A stretch of DNA of 63,546 nt, counting the filler, from Stramenopiles sp. TOSAG23-6 (taxonomy: Eukaryota), in the NCBI GenBank assembly GCA_900128565.1. It is 10 parts of 10 records of this genome, joined end to end, with 100 filler letters (N's around TTAATTAATTAA, not from the genome) between each part and the next. Parts side by side here need not be neighbours in the genome. Positions count along the whole stretch, not along the records: positions 55,615 to 62,426 come from LT636643.1; positions 62,527 to 63,546 come from LT639935.1; 8 more parts are not named here. One strand, 5' to 3'. The notes under the pieces were generated by a model. That model saw only the letters and a list, made by a program, of their open reading frames with translations. It ran no database searches and was not told the DNA's origin. A program made the translations under genes and the position numbers. Positions 61,662 through 63,546 of the stretch are shown here, in pieces (the first letter of the stretch is position 1; each line of letters begins with the position of its first letter).

Positions 61662-62426
61662 TTACATTGTAGTAAATGAGGATATTTTACTTTTTTTGTT
61701 TGAATTTTCAAAATTAACTTCATTTTGATCTTCATATAATTGACGAGGTCTCTTTTTATTATCAGTAGAGTTCTGAGTATTCATTTTATAATCAGTAGAG
61801 TTCTGAGTATTCATTGTATGATCAGTAGAGTTCTGAGTATTCATTGTAGTAGATGAATTCATTTTTGTCGTTGACTTTGAAAAGAAATCAAAAACTGTTT
61901 TTTTTGTTTTCTTTTTTGTATCACTTGATTCACTTTTAATTAAATGATTTGGTATTGTTTTTTCTTCAATTTCATTAGATAAATCAATTGTATTTGTAGT
62001 AGTAGACGAAGTTGATGTTGTTGTTATAGGAGTAGTAGAAGGCAAATTCATTTGTTTTTCATTTGAATTTGGTTTTGAAATGATGTTAGATTCAGTAGAT
62101 GTATCATCAGAATCTTTGGTTTGTGTAGATGATGAATCTTTTATAAAGAAATTCGATACATTTTTTGTCTTGACTTTTTTTGTTTTTTTAGTTTTTTTAG
62201 TCTTGGAAACTTTTTTTGTACTTTTTTGTTTTTTTGTACTTTTTTGTTTTTTTGTACTTTTTTGTTTTTTAGTATTATTTTTTGTATTATTTTTTACATC
62301 TTTTGAAAATAAAACATTTGATTTTCTTTTCGTATTGTCTTTTCCATTTGTTTCAGATGATACAGATTTAACTTTTGATTTTTTTTTAATATTTTTCTTT
62401 CCATTTGTTTCAGATGATACAGATTT
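61662..62426 (-). CDS. Low-complexity Lys/Thr/Ser-rich C-terminus of a protein (5' partial)
   Basis: Open frame from the contig end with MNTQNSTD repeats and TVFDFFSK. Confidence 0.5.
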   Translation of the reverse strand, partial: KSVSSETNGKKNIKKKSKVKSVSSETNGKDNTKRKSNVLFSKDVKNNTKNNTKKQKSTKKQKSTKKQKSTKKVSKTKKTKKTKKVKTKNVSNFFIKDSSSTQTKDSDDTSTESNIISKPNSNEKQMNLPSTTPITTTSTSSTTTNTIDLSNEIEEKTIPNHLIKSESSDTKKKTKKTVFDFFSKSTTKMNSSTTMNTQNSTDHTMNTQNSTDYKMNTQNSTDNKKRPRQLYEDQNEVNFENSNKKSKISSFTTM

Positions 62427-62647
62427 NNNNNNNNNNNNNNNNNNNNNNNNNNNNNNNNNNNNNNNNNNNNTTAATTAATTAANNNNNNNNNNNNNNNNNN
62501 NNNNNNNNNNNNNNNNNNNNNNNNNNATTTTGGAAAAATATTTCAAAAAAAATCTAAAAAAATTTGTTAGGTAANAAANTTTTNAAAAAAAAAAAAATTC
62601 AATTTCAAATTTAAATTTAAATTTAAATTTAAAAAAAAATAAAATAC

Positions 62648-63491
62648 ATGTGCCATTAATCGTCTCATTTCTTGTAGCTCTAGAAAGGTAGAAGAAATAC
62701 TTTCATCTAGTACACGGAAAAGCCGAACCTGTTTATCTCTTCTAAGATTTCCATTTCGCCTTCTTAAATTATCAGTATTCCAAAATTTCGTTTTCATCAT
62801 TATATAAGGCATCAATGTAGTTAACCCGCCATCATCAGAAAGCCACCACACATGTATTTTGTAAAAATATTTCAAAAAAAAATTGTAAAATTTGTTAGGT
62901 ACAAACTTTTTATAAAAAAATAAATTCGATTTTTTTTTTTTTTTTTTTTCGAAAACAAAAAAAAAATAAAACATACATCTACAGTACCTGTTGGTGAAAC
63001 ATTCCGCATAGATGCATGTACACGACGAACTACAAGAACACCCATGCGCATCCTCAAAGTATCTCTGATCAATTTCACATAATCGTCTAATTGTTTCAAA
63101 ATAACATCTTTACTTTCTATTTCTGCCTTTTGTATCCAAGATTCCATAAAACCAAGCATCAGAATATTTGGTTTAAGAGCACCAACACCCGCCGCCTGGA
63201 GTAGTATCTTTGCCCCTTCTCCCAGACTTGGTGCTACAACAGTTTCAGCAAGTGCAAAACCTGTAGACTTTCGATTCTTAACGAAGTCTCCACATATGTA
63301 TTTTAGAAAAATATTTCAAAAACAAAAACTTAAATTTGTTAGGTACAAAATTTCGTACAAAAAAAAAAAAAAAATCGAATTTGAAAAAAAATTAAAACAT
63401 ACATATTTCGAAAGAACTCAACCGGGTGTCGGTTAGGAGCACAATCGACATAAGAGTGGAATTTTTTTCGAAGTTCCAACATATCCTGCTG
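62648..63491 (-). CDS. SLC12 cation-chloride cotransporter, C-terminal exons
   Basis: LLQAAGVGALKPNILMLGF and GTVD|VWWLSDDGGLTTLMPY, the latter restored by removing intron 62852-62976. Confidence 0.9.
62852..63402 (-). mobile_element. Two family introns in SLC12: 62852-62976 and 63296-63402, both GT-AT (AT/AT)
   Basis: The first restores the conserved D|VWW..DDGGL motif; the second keeps the frame. Confidence 0.88.
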
Positions 63492-63546
63492 ATGTATTTT
63501 GGAAAAATATTTCAAAAAAAACTNAAANTTGNTANGTACNAAAATT

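Noticed and set aside
6877-62526. Periodic TTAATTAATTAA within N runs about every 6.9 kb
   Set aside because: Artificial concatenation spacers. Gene adjacency across them has no biological meaning.
568-63402. Ciliate-like DNA-eliminated sequences (IES) bounded by 2-bp repeats
   Set aside because: The ends are consistently oriented with the host gene and carry U2-type donor and branch-like motifs, which fits RNA splicing. This is disfavoured but not formally excluded without checking DNA reads for excised forms.

Overview
This is AT-rich nuclear DNA of a eukaryote, not a prokaryote. It comes from a flagellated protist using the standard genetic code; a stramenopile-like assignment is my inference. 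Ten unrelated contigs (nine of about 6.8 kb plus a 1 kb partial) are joined by artificial N...TTAATTAATTAA...N spacers. Recognisable genes include SDHAF1, an AMP-binding acyl-CoA ligase, ELP3, SmD2, acyl-CoA dehydrogenase, a Cys-loop channel, an Obg/MTG2 GTPase, anoctamin, PFK, a Treslin-like protein, ATP11, a SET protein, CFAP57, ERGIC3, CDK5RAP3 and SLC12. The main discovery is that nearly every intron belongs to one repeated family of about 90-190 nt with consensus NN|GTATGT-polyT-CGTACGAAATTTTGTACCTAAC-polyT-GAAATATTTTTCCAAAATAC-NN|. Restoring reading frames and conserved motifs by hand gives mostly non-AG 3' ends: of 27 complete introns, 18 end in AT, 4 in AG, 2 in AC, 2 in GT and 1 in TT. 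In 21 of 27 that last dinucleotide copies the last two bases of the upstream exon, and the element body is bounded by GTAT...ATAC. This looks like an introner (intron-generating transposon) with a 2-bp target-site duplication serving as the 3' splice site, which would imply AG-independent splicing. All splice sites are inferred from DNA alone, with no transcript data. Other observations are a MITE carrying the same core motif, (TTAGGG)2 units embedded in coding sequence, echo duplications of gene 3' ends, a CpG-depleted relic and several orphan proteins.
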